A DNA stretch of 63,139 nucleotides, the filler included, from Parachlamydiales bacterium (lineage in GTDB: Bacteria > Chlamydiota > Chlamydiia > Chlamydiales > Parachlamydiaceae): NCBI GenBank assembly GCA_020051075.1. It is 4 parts of 4 records of this genome, joined end to end, with 100 filler letters (N's around TTAATTAATTAA, not from the genome) between each part and the next. Parts side by side here need not be neighbours in the genome. Positions count along the whole stretch, not along the records: positions 1 to 18,542 come from JAGVJP010000092.1; 3 more parts are not named here. One strand, 5' to 3'. Below, piece after piece: positions 1 to 9,345 of the stretch. Both the position numbers and the translations under genes were made by a program. The notes below the pieces were generated by a model. It saw only the letters and a list, made by a program, of their open reading frames with translations. It was not told the origin of the DNA and made no database searches. Position 1 is the stretch's first letter. The number at the start of each line of letters is the position of its first letter.

Positions 1-120
1 ATAGGCAGGATAGAGAAATATATTTTTTCTCTATCCTGCCTATCTTGCCGCGAAGCGATCCTGCCTATCCTGTTTCTTCTCTCCTGTCTATCTTGATTTT
101 TGCTATCTTGTTTATCCTGT
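1..120. repeat. Family A palindromic intergenic element (partial, cut by window start)
   Basis: TATCCTGCC 9-mer units plus core GCCGCGAAGCGATCCTGCC as in copies at 34.0, 44.0, 48.0, 53.7 and 62.6 kb. Confidence 0.85.
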
Positions 121-130
121 CGCGCCTCTG

Positions 131-916
131 CTAAAATGCAGGTAATACTGCCCCTTGATACTTCTGCAAAATGAATGCTCGCATCTTTTCCGATGTCATC
201 GCTTGTTTTAACGCTTCTATTTCAGGGCGGTTTTCCTCTCCTTGTCGGACGGCAATGACGTTAGCGTAGGGGGAGTCGCTGTCCTCGATGGCTAGAGCAT
301 CTGTCAGGGGGGACAAGTTGGCTTCGAGGGCATAGTTGGTATTAACCGCAGCTGCATCGACATCGTCTAAAGAACGGGGGACCATTGCAGCATCGACTTC
401 AATAAACTTCAGATTTTTTGGGTTGCGGACAATATTCAATACCGTCGACTGTAGATTGCTTGAGTCCTCTAATTGAATCAACCCATGCTTTTGAAGCAGC
501 AATAAAGCTCTCGCTTCATTTGTCGGGTCGTTTGGAACGGCAATAGTGGAATTGTCATTTAATTCTGAGAGGGAATGGATTTTCTTGGAGTAGATCCCTA
601 ACGGCTCGATCTCAATTTTAACCAGGCTCTGAATGGGATAATGGAAGTGTTTAACTTGCTCATCCAGAAACGGAATATGCTGAAAGAAATTGGCATCAAC
701 CTCATGATTGGCTAGTGCCCGATTTGGCATGTTATAGTCATCGGAGACAATGATGACAAGGTCGATGCCTTGTTTTTTTAGATCTGGTTTAATCGTTTCC
801 AGGATTTGTGCATGCGGCACGGAGCTTGCAGCGACTTTTAATTGGTCTTTGCTGTCTGAAGAGCAGCTTGAAAGCAGTAACAAAGCACAGAAGAGAGGGA
901 AAAGAAATTTAATCAT
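131..916 (-). CDS. metQ: Methionine ABC transporter substrate-binding lipoprotein
   Basis: Lipobox LSSC; NFFQHIPFL, VPNDPTNEARAL and SPYANVIAVR motifs; operon with metN/metI. Confidence 0.95.
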   Translation of the reverse strand: MIKFLFPLFCALLLLSSCSSDSKDQLKVAASSVPHAQILETIKPDLKKQGIDLVIIVSDDYNMPNRALANHEVDANFFQHIPFLDEQVKHFHYPIQSLVKIEIEPLGIYSKKIHSLSELNDNSTIAVPNDPTNEARALLLLQKHGLIQLEDSSNLQSTVLNIVRNPKNLKFIEVDAAMVPRSLDDVDAAAVNTNYALEANLSPLTDALAIEDSDSPYANVIAVRQGEENRPEIEALKQAMTSEKMRAFILQKYQGAVLPAF

Positions 917-1601
917 GCGAGAACTTGCCTCTTTTTTTGTTGATTGTTTTGACGATATAACCTCCTAGCCACTGCACAAACTGCACGAGGAAGATGAGGA
1001 GGATCACTGTGGATATCATGATGAAGGTGTTGAATCGATTGTATCCATACTGAATCGCGACTTGCCCCAAGCCGCCTCCTCCCACTAACCCTGCCATCGC
1101 GCTGTAACCGATGAGGTTGATGATGGTTAGGGTGATGTCTGATACGATTGAGGGCAGGGCTTCAGCGAGTAATACTTTGGTGATGATTTGCCATGTGTTG
1201 GATCCCATCACAATCACAGCTTCAAGGATATGACGATCGACAGCCTTCAGACTCGTTTCAATGAGTTTAGCAACGAAAGGAGCGGCAGCGATCGTCAAAG
1301 GGACAATGGCAGCCGTGGTCCCTAAACTTGTCCCTACAATCCATCTTGTTACTGGAATGAGGGAGACCATGAGGATTGCAAAAGGGAAGGAACGGCCGAT
1401 GTTGACAATGGCTTCTAAAACTTTGTAGATCGTGACATTTTCCTTGATATGGCCTTTGTCAGTGATCGTGAGGATGACCCCTAGAGGCAAGCCAATAAGA
1501 ACGGAAAAGAACCCTGAAACAACAACCATGTAGATGGTATTCCATAGCTGCAGCGGTAAAAGCTGAAGAGCGAGTTGAATATTTTCACCGTTCATTTTCA
1601 A
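909..1601 (-). CDS. metI: Methionine ABC transporter permease
   Basis: RSFPFAIL, GYSAMAGLVGGGGLG and YGYNRF motifs; hydrophobic. Confidence 0.95.
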   Translation of the reverse strand: MKMNGENIQLALQLLPLQLWNTIYMVVVSGFFSVLIGLPLGVILTITDKGHIKENVTIYKVLEAIVNIGRSFPFAILMVSLIPVTRWIVGTSLGTTAAIVPLTIAAAPFVAKLIETSLKAVDRHILEAVIVMGSNTWQIITKVLLAEALPSIVSDITLTIINLIGYSAMAGLVGGGGLGQVAIQYGYNRFNTFIMISTVILLIFLVQFVQWLGGYIVKTINKKRGKFSHD

Positions 1602-2610
1602 TCACCTCGTAATAGACCGATTTTTCTAGGAGGTATCTCAAGGCGTTTTCGATCCCTTCGGGAGTCCCTGTGATTTCGATGATCAACGTCCCTACAATCA
1701 TTTCTTGCAGCCGATCGACCCATCCGAGCAAAATGTTTGTGTCGACGTTGAACTTTCGTACGACGTCGGAGATGATCGGTTCGCCTGCAGCTTTTCCTTT
1801 GAATTTTAGTCTTAGGAGCTTTCTATTGGGAGAAGACTCTTTGAAAAACTCTTCTGGGATCTCATGAGAAGCGCTTTGTAGGAAATTCTTGGTGGTGCCG
1901 TGTTGAGGATCAGAAAACACTTGCGAGACCAGCCCCTCTTCGACAATGCTTCCATTTTCGATCACTGCAACTTTATTGCAAATATGTTGGATCACGTCCA
2001 TCTCATGGGTAATGAGGACAATCGTCACCCCTAACTTCTTATTGATCGCTTTTAAGAGGTTGAGGATCTCTTTCGTCGTCTGAGGATCTAGGGCTGATGT
2101 GGCTTCATCGCAGAGCAGTACCTCAGGCTGATTGGCCAGCGCACGGGCAATGCCAACCCGCTGTTTCTCTCCTCCACTCAGTTGAGAAGGATAGCTCTCC
2201 CGTTTCTCAGTCAATCCGACTAAGCCGAGCAACTCATCGATCCGCTGCTTCTGTACTGTGAGGGGGACTTGTGCTATTTCCAAGGGGTAGGCGATATTGC
2301 CTGCTACAGTTCTTGAGCTGAGCAGATTGAAATGTTGGAAGATCATCCCGATCGTTTTTTGGAAATTGCGAAGTGCTTCTGCTTCCATTAAGGCGATGTC
2401 ATCGCCATGAAAAAAGATCTGCCCTGAGGAAAGGGTGACAAGCTTGGAAAGGGCGCGGATGAGTGTCGATTTACCCGCGCCGCTCAGACCAATGATCCCA
2501 TAAACATCCCCACGTTCAATCGTTAAAGAAACCTCACGCAAAGCATGGACAAGCTTATCCGCTTGTTTATAACATTTTGAAGCTTTGATGATGTCAATGA
2601 TTGTCGGCAT
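1585..2610 (-). CDS. metN: Methionine ABC transporter ATP-binding protein
   Basis: Walker A GLSGAGKST, LSGGEKQRVGIARAL, LLCDEATSALDP, C-terminal NIL-like domain. Confidence 0.95.
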   Translation of the reverse strand: MPTIIDIIKASKCYKQADKLVHALREVSLTIERGDVYGIIGLSGAGKSTLIRALSKLVTLSSGQIFFHGDDIALMEAEALRNFQKTIGMIFQHFNLLSSRTVAGNIAYPLEIAQVPLTVQKQRIDELLGLVGLTEKRESYPSQLSGGEKQRVGIARALANQPEVLLCDEATSALDPQTTKEILNLLKAINKKLGVTIVLITHEMDVIQHICNKVAVIENGSIVEEGLVSQVFSDPQHGTTKNFLQSASHEIPEEFFKESSPNRKLLRLKFKGKAAGEPIISDVVRKFNVDTNILLGWVDRLQEMIVGTLIIEITGTPEGIENALRYLLEKSVYYEVIENER

Positions 2611-2659
2611 ATGATTTCAGCAGTGAAAATAATTTTATTCTATCGAAATGAAAGGTTAT

Positions 2660-2848
2660 TCTCAATTAAATGTTTTACCACTGAGTTCACAGAGATCACG
2701 GAGAGGGAGGGAAATGCGCAATTGTCTTGAAAAACTATTATAAAGAGGCTTGCGCATTTTCCTCCCTCTCCGTGATCTCTGTGAACTCAGTGGTTAAGTA
2801 TTTGGAGTTTTGCATATTACGGTTCTTTTCGATTTATGCAACAACTCC
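2660..2848. repeat. Partial MITE copy carrying a 45-bp-arm inverted repeat (family C)
   Basis: Arms 2677-2721 and 2750-2794 (1 mismatch); flanks match the MITE at 20710-20835; right end ATTTATGCAACAACTCC. Confidence 0.8.
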
Positions 2849-2929
2849 ATGCGGAAGTCCTTGATTAGCAGTTGATTTCTTGCATTTTGTTGTGTAAACT
2901 CATAGATGTTTATGAGAGAGGGGTGTACC

Positions 2930-3973
2930 ATGTCACGAAAGAAGATTTGCCTTGCTAGCGATAATTGGGCTCCAGCTCATCCTTCAGTGATAAAAGCTGT
3001 AGTTGAAGCCAATGAGGGACATGCTCCCTCCTATGGACCTGATCCATGGACTGAGAAAGCGGAACATGTGATTCAAGAAATATTTAAAAGCCAATGCAAG
3101 GTCTTCATGGTCCCCACAGGGACAGGAGCAAACATCTTTGCGCTTAAACTTTGTTGCCGAAGTCATGAATCGGTCATTTGCACTGACATCGCTCATATCC
3201 ACTACCAGGAATCCGGCGCTGCAGAATCAATCATCGGCTGCAAACTTCTGACAGTCCCTCATCTGGAAGGGAAAATCACTCCGGATGCCATAGTGAGAAA
3301 GTTGAAAAGTGAAAGAGCTTTCGGGAAACATTCGACTTCTCCTCGCGTCCTCTCCATTACCCAACCCACAGAAGTAGGAACACTCTATAGCCTTGAAGAG
3401 CTAAAATCTTTATCCAACCTATGCCAAGAAGAAAATCTGCTTCTTCACATTGATGGCAGCCGTTTCTATAACGCAGCAGAGAGCCTTAAGATGAATTTGC
3501 ATGAGGTTGTTCATTCGATTCATTTGGATATCTTATCGCTTGGTGGAACTAAAAATGGGTTAATGGGAGCTGAATCCATACTTATTTTCAATCCTGCCTT
3601 GTACGAAGGGAGCAACCACCTTCAGAAACAAACGTTGCAGCTTCTCTCGAAAATGCGCTATCTTTCAGCACAGTATCTAGCCCTTTTTAAGGACGAGTTG
3701 TGGCGTACCCTTGCGATGCATGCCAATCAACGAGCTCAGGAAATAGCCGATATCATTAAAGCAATCCCCGACCTTAATCTGAGTTATCCTGTTGAAACAA
3801 ATCAGATTTTTTTCACTGCACCAGCTTCTTGGATTCCACATATTCAGAAAGAGATTTTTTGTCATCTCTGGAATCAGGAAAAGAACGAAATCCGATTTAT
3901 CGCATCTTGGAATACATCAGAACAAGATGTAAAAGATGTGCAAACAGTTCTTAAAGAGATAAAGATTTCATGA
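2930..3973 (+). CDS. ltaE: Low-specificity L-threonine aldolase (PLP-dependent)
   Basis: ASDN, SYGPDPWT, TGTGAN, ITQPTEVG, HIDGSR, GGTKNG (PLP Lys); start set at MSRKK. Confidence 0.9.
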   Translation: MSRKKICLASDNWAPAHPSVIKAVVEANEGHAPSYGPDPWTEKAEHVIQEIFKSQCKVFMVPTGTGANIFALKLCCRSHESVICTDIAHIHYQESGAAESIIGCKLLTVPHLEGKITPDAIVRKLKSERAFGKHSTSPRVLSITQPTEVGTLYSLEELKSLSNLCQEENLLLHIDGSRFYNAAESLKMNLHEVVHSIHLDILSLGGTKNGLMGAESILIFNPALYEGSNHLQKQTLQLLSKMRYLSAQYLALFKDELWRTLAMHANQRAQEIADIIKAIPDLNLSYPVETNQIFFTAPASWIPHIQKEIFCHLWNQEKNEIRFIASWNTSEQDVKDVQTVLKEIKIS

Positions 3974-3988
3974 GAAAGAGGTGAGAGT

Positions 3989-4324
3989 ATGAACACTATT
4001 GAATGGGATGAATTCGAAAAAGTTGAGCTTCTGGTTGGGACGATTGTAGAAGTGGAAGACTTCCCCGAAGCGAGAAAACCCGCCTACAAGCTGACGATTG
4101 ATCTTGGCCCGAAAATAGGGTTGAAAAGATCCAGTGCCCAGATTACAAAACTTTACGTTAAAGAAGAACTCCTTGGAAAGCAGGTCATTTGCGTGGTCAA
4201 CTTTAAACCAAAGAAAATCGGACCCTTCATTTCAGAGGTGCTGACAACAGGTTTTGTTCTAGGAGAAGAGGTCGTTTTGGCAATCCCAGAGCGTCGCATT
4301 CCAAATGGTTCAAAGTTGGCATGA
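3989..4324 (+). CDS. csaA: tRNA-binding/export chaperone CsaA
   Basis: [37 protein letters not shown]. Confidence 0.9.
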   Translation: MNTIEWDEFEKVELLVGTIVEVEDFPEARKPAYKLTIDLGPKIGLKRSSAQITKLYVKEELLGKQVICVVNFKPKKIGPFISEVLTTGFVLGEEVVLAIPERRIPNGSKLA

Positions 4325-4465
4325 ATAGGAGTAATGAAATGATGCTAACGTCTTTCCTTTTTTTAACGCAAAGGCGCAAAGAAGGGTCAAATTCTTTCAT
4401 CATTTTTCATACTTAATTTTTTCAGCTTTCATTTTATACCCACATTCGTTCCTGGGATAACGAGA

Positions 4466-4582
4466 GGGCTTGGCCTTGGCCTCGCCATCGTTAAAGCTGT
4501 TGTGGACATCCATCAAGGCAGAATCGAAGTAAAAAATCGTGAAGTGAAAGGGACCGAGTTTTCTCTGATCCTGCCTATATAA
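4466..4582 (+). pseudogene. Orphan C-terminal fragment of a histidine kinase HATPase domain
   Basis: Translates GLGLGLAIVKAVVDIHQGRIEVKNREVKGTEFSLILPI* (G2 box) with no upstream kinase. Confidence 0.8.
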
Positions 4583-4595
4583 TCTGAAACAAACA

Positions 4596-5048
4596 CTACT
4601 TCTTGTCTTGAGGTTGAATTTGAGATGAGCTGTTGAGCGGTGTGAGTAATTCTGTTGTTTGATTCTCCATTTCAACAATCCTATTCAAAGCTTTATTATA
4701 GTTTATTTTTAAGAAAATAGCTGACACAATTAACAATAAAGCTGATACTTTTGGACTACCGTTCAAGAATTTATCAATTGCAAACAAAGTTATTGCAACA
4801 TTCAGAAATCTACCAACTGCATCGATAAAGATCATTCGACGTGGGTTTGCTCTGAAATAGTGGGTGTTGAGTGTATTTAAATTAGTAAGACTTCCAAAAC
4901 CTATAGAAAGGATCAGTAATAGACGTGCCAGATCTGATTGTCCCATTTTACTGAGTACAAAAGATCCTGCACTGCCTCCTCCAACCACATAAGCAGTGTC
5001 TTTACAAACTTGTTGCCAAGTTGGGGGGATATTTGCGAAAGATAACAT
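4596..5048 (-). CDS. Hypothetical multi-pass membrane protein
   Basis: ORF with several hydrophobic segments, start set at MLSFAN; AT-rich; flanked by 79-bp direct repeats. Confidence 0.6.
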   Translation of the reverse strand: MLSFANIPPTWQQVCKDTAYVVGGGSAGSFVLSKMGQSDLARLLLILSIGFGSLTNLNTLNTHYFRANPRRMIFIDAVGRFLNVAITLFAIDKFLNGSPKVSALLLIVSAIFLKINYNKALNRIVEMENQTTELLTPLNSSSQIQPQDKK

Positions 5049-5190
5049 AAGAATAAACTCCACATTAAATGGTTGGTAAAAAATTGAATTCATTTTATCA
5101 TAATGAGAAAATATTTTCAATATTAAAAAATTACGAAGGCTTTCCCTGACTCATCATCATCTCTAAGTTGGAGTCAGGATTTGTCCATTC

Positions 5191-5265
5191 ATTCATCAAG
5201 GAAAAATCGAAGTGAAGAATCGCGAAGTGAAAGGGACAGAGTTTTCTCTGATCCTGCCTATATAA
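5191..5265 (+). pseudogene. Second copy of histidine kinase C-terminal tail
   Basis: IHQGKIEVKNREVKGTEFSLILPI*; 72/79 nt identical between 4508-4586 and 5191-5269. Confidence 0.8.
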
Positions 5266-5289
5266 TCTGTTTAATGAAAGGATAAACCT

Positions 5290-5694
5290 ATGCCCGATGT
5301 ATCTGCCTCTGCTAACTTAGGTTTCGATGCCTTAGAGACCCTCAACACGATTCTCGTTATCATTAAACATCTGATGGCTCTTTTTGGGGCTCTCGTTATT
5401 CTTACAGGGGCTGTATTTGTCATCGGCCATTTTCTCTACCGGCTCATTCAAAGCGGCCGCTATCAGCTTCTCGATTTCGATATGATGCGGCTCGGGTTGA
5501 CTCGCTCTCTAGCGTTGGGACTCGAATTCATCATCGCTGCGGATGTCATTCAAACATTGACGACTCCTGATTATTATGCTGTGGGGATACTGGCGTCTTT
5601 AGCCGTGATTCGAGCCTTTCTTAATTATTTTCTGAATAAAGAACTCGACGATCTTGTCAAACGGGAGAACCAGTTGCAAAAACCGCCACAATGA
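5290..5694 (+). CDS. DUF1622 family membrane protein
   Basis: RLGLTRSLALGLEFIIAADVIQT and IRAFLNYFLNKE signatures. Confidence 0.85.
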   Translation: MPDVSASANLGFDALETLNTILVIIKHLMALFGALVILTGAVFVIGHFLYRLIQSGRYQLLDFDMMRLGLTRSLALGLEFIIAADVIQTLTTPDYYAVGILASLAVIRAFLNYFLNKELDDLVKRENQLQKPPQ

Positions 5695-5695
5695 T

Positions 5696-7135
5696 CTATT
5701 CTTTGTTGAGGAGTTCGCTAAAATCTATTATTTTAATGAAGTAATCGCTTTGTTTTATAGACTCGCTTATACCATTAACGTGGATGAGAACCGGACGGCA
5801 GGACATATAGTTTTTTCTTTTAAGTCGATTGATTTTTTCTTTAACTTCGGTAATGACACTTGCGGCAAGAGGGTCTTTTCTGAATTTTATTTCGCACACA
5901 TAAAGATTCCCATCTTTGGTTTGGATGAGGAAGTCAATTTGACATTTAAGCCTTCTAGTCGTTGGAGTTTGTAGAAAAGGATTTGCGTGGATAATACTAT
6001 CCAAGGGGATGCCTAAGAGTTCATATATTTTTAAGCGATTGTTTTTACTTAAGACGAGATTTTCAAACTGCAACCCGATAATAGAATCCCAACCTTGTGG
6101 TAATGATCGCATGGTATCCGCTGAAATTTTTTCCCTATTCGGTTCTATAAATTTTAAATAGAATCTGATGTAGTTATCACTCAGCCTAAACATGCTTGTT
6201 CTGGACTCTTTGCCTGTTTCCAGGTCCCAGGTGTAATCTCGTGTCACAAAACCAACATTGCAGAGATCTTCCAAATATTCACTCACATCCCCACTAGATC
6301 GTTTTCGGCCAATTGCATGAGCAACTTCAGCGAGTGTGGATTTTTTGTCGGCCAGATGTTGTACAATAGCTTTATAATGCTCACTATTTTTAGAGAGTGA
6401 ATCTGAAAAAATATCTCCAAATTCATGAAACAGAAGACCTTCTTTTCTAAAGCAAAGTCTTTTGATGTTTTCTTCTGCAGTTTCATAGGGAGCGATTTCC
6501 TCTAGATACCTTGGAATCCCACCGGTGATAGAAAGAAGTTTGAATTTTTCAAAAGGAGAAACATCTTCTCCATGTTTACCCCAGAATTTATTACTTTCTG
6601 ATAGAGAAAGCTCTTCCAGAGTTAGTCTATACGATATTCTTCCCACAAATCCTGTGTCGTTCAGGATGTTTTTTTCAATCCATGTCGAGTTGGATCCTGA
6701 GAGAATTAATACGAGGTTTGGGTTCTTTTTGAATCCTAAGTCCCAAGAATTTTTTAGTTTTGCGAGAAATGATTTTTCACCATGGCCCATCCAAGAAATT
6801 TCGTCTAATAAGATGAGGATTTTACCATCTTTACAAGCATCAGCAAGATCATCAAATAGGCTGCCCCAGTCGTTATCTCCCAGACTACGGATTCCTTGTC
6901 GCCGCATTTGACGAAGAAATTCGGCCTTCTGTTCTCCGCTTGTTGTGGCTTGGCTTGGTGCTAAACCGGCAAATACATAATGTTTATCGAAATATTCTCC
7001 AAACTCTTCGGCCAAGCGAGTTTTACCGATTCTTCGTCGTCCCTTTATTACCACAAGGCTTGCGCTTTTCTTTTTCATTAAGCTTTTCAGACCTTCGATT
7101 TCTTTTTTTCTTCCAATAAATCTACTAGTTGTCAT
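5696..7135 (-). CDS. AAA+ ATPase (archaeal-ATPase type) with winged helix and C-terminal PD-(D/E)xK-like domain
   Basis: FIGRKKE, GRRRIGKT Walker A, ILLDEISW Walker B, LSGS, TGGIPRY, C-terminal QIDFL...CEIK. Confidence 0.85.
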   Translation of the reverse strand: MTTSRFIGRKKEIEGLKSLMKKKSASLVVIKGRRRIGKTRLAEEFGEYFDKHYVFAGLAPSQATTSGEQKAEFLRQMRRQGIRSLGDNDWGSLFDDLADACKDGKILILLDEISWMGHGEKSFLAKLKNSWDLGFKKNPNLVLILSGSNSTWIEKNILNDTGFVGRISYRLTLEELSLSESNKFWGKHGEDVSPFEKFKLLSITGGIPRYLEEIAPYETAEENIKRLCFRKEGLLFHEFGDIFSDSLSKNSEHYKAIVQHLADKKSTLAEVAHAIGRKRSSGDVSEYLEDLCNVGFVTRDYTWDLETGKESRTSMFRLSDNYIRFYLKFIEPNREKISADTMRSLPQGWDSIIGLQFENLVLSKNNRLKIYELLGIPLDSIIHANPFLQTPTTRRLKCQIDFLIQTKDGNLYVCEIKFRKDPLAASVITEVKEKINRLKRKNYMSCRPVLIHVNGISESIKQSDYFIKIIDFSELLNKE

Positions 7136-7167
7136 GACATCTCCTGTGGTTGAACTTAATTATAGCA

Positions 7168-7264
7168 TAAACCCCCCCGCGAAATCAACATTTTGTCGAT
7201 TTCGCGGGGGTTTTACTGGATGCAAAAATCCACGCGAAATCAACGTTTTGTCGATTTTGCGGGT
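7168..7264. promoter_or_regulatory. Two related palindromes upstream of the AAA ATPase (candidate operators)
   Basis: CCCCCGCGAAATCAAC-ATTTT-GTCGATTTCGCGGGGG and CGCGAAATCAAC-GTTTT-GTCGATTTTGCG. Confidence 0.55.
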
Positions 7265-7338
7265 CTGTTATCCGGATCTCTCTCTCGAGATTTTCGCTCA
7301 AATTCGGGAATGAATTTCCGTTTTTTTTATTCAAACGA

Positions 7339-8196
7339 TCACTTGAGTGGATTTTGGAGTAATTCGCAAAATTTTACTGCATGAGGATTTTGCAATTTAT
7401 TTTTCTTGAAAATAGCATAGATTGTATAAGGAGTGGGTTCAAGATCTGGAAAAACAACATTGAGCCGTTTCTCCCTCTTTCTTGCAACATAGTCTGGAAA
7501 TAGGCCTACTCCCAAACCTGCTTCCGTGAGGTTTGCAATCACTTCCCAACTCGATACTTCCATGGCAATAGGAAGTTCTTGTTTGTATTTTTCTAAATAA
7601 CGCCGTTTCAAAACATTCGTTTCCTTTCGTTCGTCTGAATCTAAGAGGAATCCCAGTGTAGAGAGATCTTTATGTTGTTTTGCAGCATATAGGAGAAAGC
7701 GTCCTTGATAGATTTTCTTACAGTCGAAGAGAGAAAGATCATCATTATCCAATAAAATCCCGAAGTCGATGATCCCCTTCTTCAACCATTCCTTGATATC
7801 GAAATAGTGTCCCAGTCGGAAATTAATTTTTAATGAGGGCAGGGATTGTCGTGCTTGTTTTAAGTATTCTGGTAAAAGTCCAACAGCAAAGCTATGTGTG
7901 CAGCCAAAAGTCATGTGTCCAACATCTTGTTCTAGGGCAATATTCTCAACTCTTTGTAGGATTTGAAAAATCTCACGAGCTCCTTCAAAAAGTTCTAGTC
8001 CTTTTTCAGTGACTTTGCAACGTCCGGGTTGGTGAGAGACGAGCTGGCATTGAAGTGTCTCTTCTAGTTTTGCAATGCCTTGGCTTATCGCTGATTGACT
8101 GACATGATTAAGTTTGGCTGATTCGCCAAAACTCCCTGTCTTAACGACGTCAAAAAAATATTTTAAATTAATGAGATTGTAGTGAAGTTTCATCAT
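7339..8196 (-). CDS. LysR family transcriptional regulator
   Basis: N-terminal HTH GSFGESAKLNHVSQSAISQGIAKLE; C-terminal AGLGVGLFP. Confidence 0.92.
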   Translation of the reverse strand: MMKLHYNLINLKYFFDVVKTGSFGESAKLNHVSQSAISQGIAKLEETLQCQLVSHQPGRCKVTEKGLELFEGAREIFQILQRVENIALEQDVGHMTFGCTHSFAVGLLPEYLKQARQSLPSLKINFRLGHYFDIKEWLKKGIIDFGILLDNDDLSLFDCKKIYQGRFLLYAAKQHKDLSTLGFLLDSDERKETNVLKRRYLEKYKQELPIAMEVSSWEVIANLTEAGLGVGLFPDYVARKREKRLNVVFPDLEPTPYTIYAIFKKNKLQNPHAVKFCELLQNPLK

Positions 8197-8288
8197 TAGC
8201 CTATCTTATGTTTTATATAATATATGTTAATTTTACTTATTTTAAGGTCAAGGATAAAATCAGAGGTTTGATCAAACAAGGAGGATAT

Positions 8289-9302
8289 ATGTGCCAAAGA
8301 ACTGCTATTCCATTAGAGGAGGAATGTAAAATGAATTGTTCTCTCGATAAAATGGTTTCTTTTTTGCATCAAGCAGAGAAGTTGAAATGTGAATTGAGGC
8401 ATAGCTGGCTTTCGTCCGGCCGGCAGGAGAGTGTTGCAGAGCATGTGTGGCGTACTTCTTTAATGGCTTTACTCTTTTCTCATCATGTCAGTGAAGAAAT
8501 TGATCTATGTAAGGCTCTAAAAATGATTATCATTCACGATCTCGTCGAAATCGAAGCGGGTGATACTCCGGTTTTCATGCAAGATGAAAACGGCGTATCT
8601 CAACGAGAATTACAGGCCATTGAAGAGATCAGAACACTGATTGGAGATGAAATCGGTGAACAGATCTATGCTCTGTGGCATGAATTCAATCAGAGAAAAA
8701 CCGTGGAAGCACGGTTTGTATATGCATTGGATAAGTTGGAGGCAAATTTGCAGCATAATGAGGCTGATGAGCGTACGTGGACGCAAGAGGATAAAAACCA
8801 AGTTTTTAAAATCGATCACGCTTGTGATCATGATCCATTTCTTTCCAGTGTCAATGAACGTATCAAGAAAGATGCAAAGCAGCGCCTCCATCCAAAAATA
8901 GGTTGTGGAGTGTTTGTGATCAAAGATGGGAAGGTGTTAATGGGGAAAAGGAAAACAAAGCATGGATGCGGACAATGGGCTTCACCAGGAGGGCATTTAG
9001 AATATGGTGAAGAACTTGAGGAATGTGCGAAGAGGGAGGTTGAAGAAGAAACAGGGTTGCGAATCAAAAATATTCGACAGGCCGCTTATACAAATCATCT
9101 CTTTGAAGGGACTGCAAAACACTACGTGACTCTTTGGATGGTGTCGGAGTATGCAGGCGGAAAGTTAGAATTGAGAGAACCAGATAAATTTGAAAAATGG
9201 GATTGGTTTGACTGGGATAATCTACCCTCTCCACTTTTTACGGAAGAGACGCTCGTCAAAAGTGCTTTTAATCCCCTGAGATTTATTGAGAAGTATTCGT
9301 GA
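8289..9302 (+). CDS. HD-domain phosphohydrolase (HDDC2/YfbR-like) fused to NUDIX hydrolase (NUDT15/MutT-like)
   Basis: ESVAEHVWR, IIHDLVEIEAGD, ALDKLE; Nudix box GGHLEYGEELEECAKREVEEETG, HYVTL, EPDKFEKWDWF; SD AGGAGG before 8289. Confidence 0.9.
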   Translation: MCQRTAIPLEEECKMNCSLDKMVSFLHQAEKLKCELRHSWLSSGRQESVAEHVWRTSLMALLFSHHVSEEIDLCKALKMIIIHDLVEIEAGDTPVFMQDENGVSQRELQAIEEIRTLIGDEIGEQIYALWHEFNQRKTVEARFVYALDKLEANLQHNEADERTWTQEDKNQVFKIDHACDHDPFLSSVNERIKKDAKQRLHPKIGCGVFVIKDGKVLMGKRKTKHGCGQWASPGGHLEYGEELEECAKREVEEETGLRIKNIRQAAYTNHLFEGTAKHYVTLWMVSEYAGGKLELREPDKFEKWDWFDWDNLPSPLFTEETLVKSAFNPLRFIEKYS

Positions 9303-9345
9303 TATATTTATATTGGATGGAAATTTTATTAAAATAGAGGAACAT

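Noticed and set aside
2611..2905. SAM riboswitch upstream of metNIQ
   Set aside because: No SAM-I/II consensus recognised; the strong hairpin belongs to a repeat also present at 20.7 kb.
4400..4678. 92-aa minus-strand ORF and other short antisense ORFs inside long genes
   Set aside because: Shadow frames of better-supported genes or of the kinase remnant.
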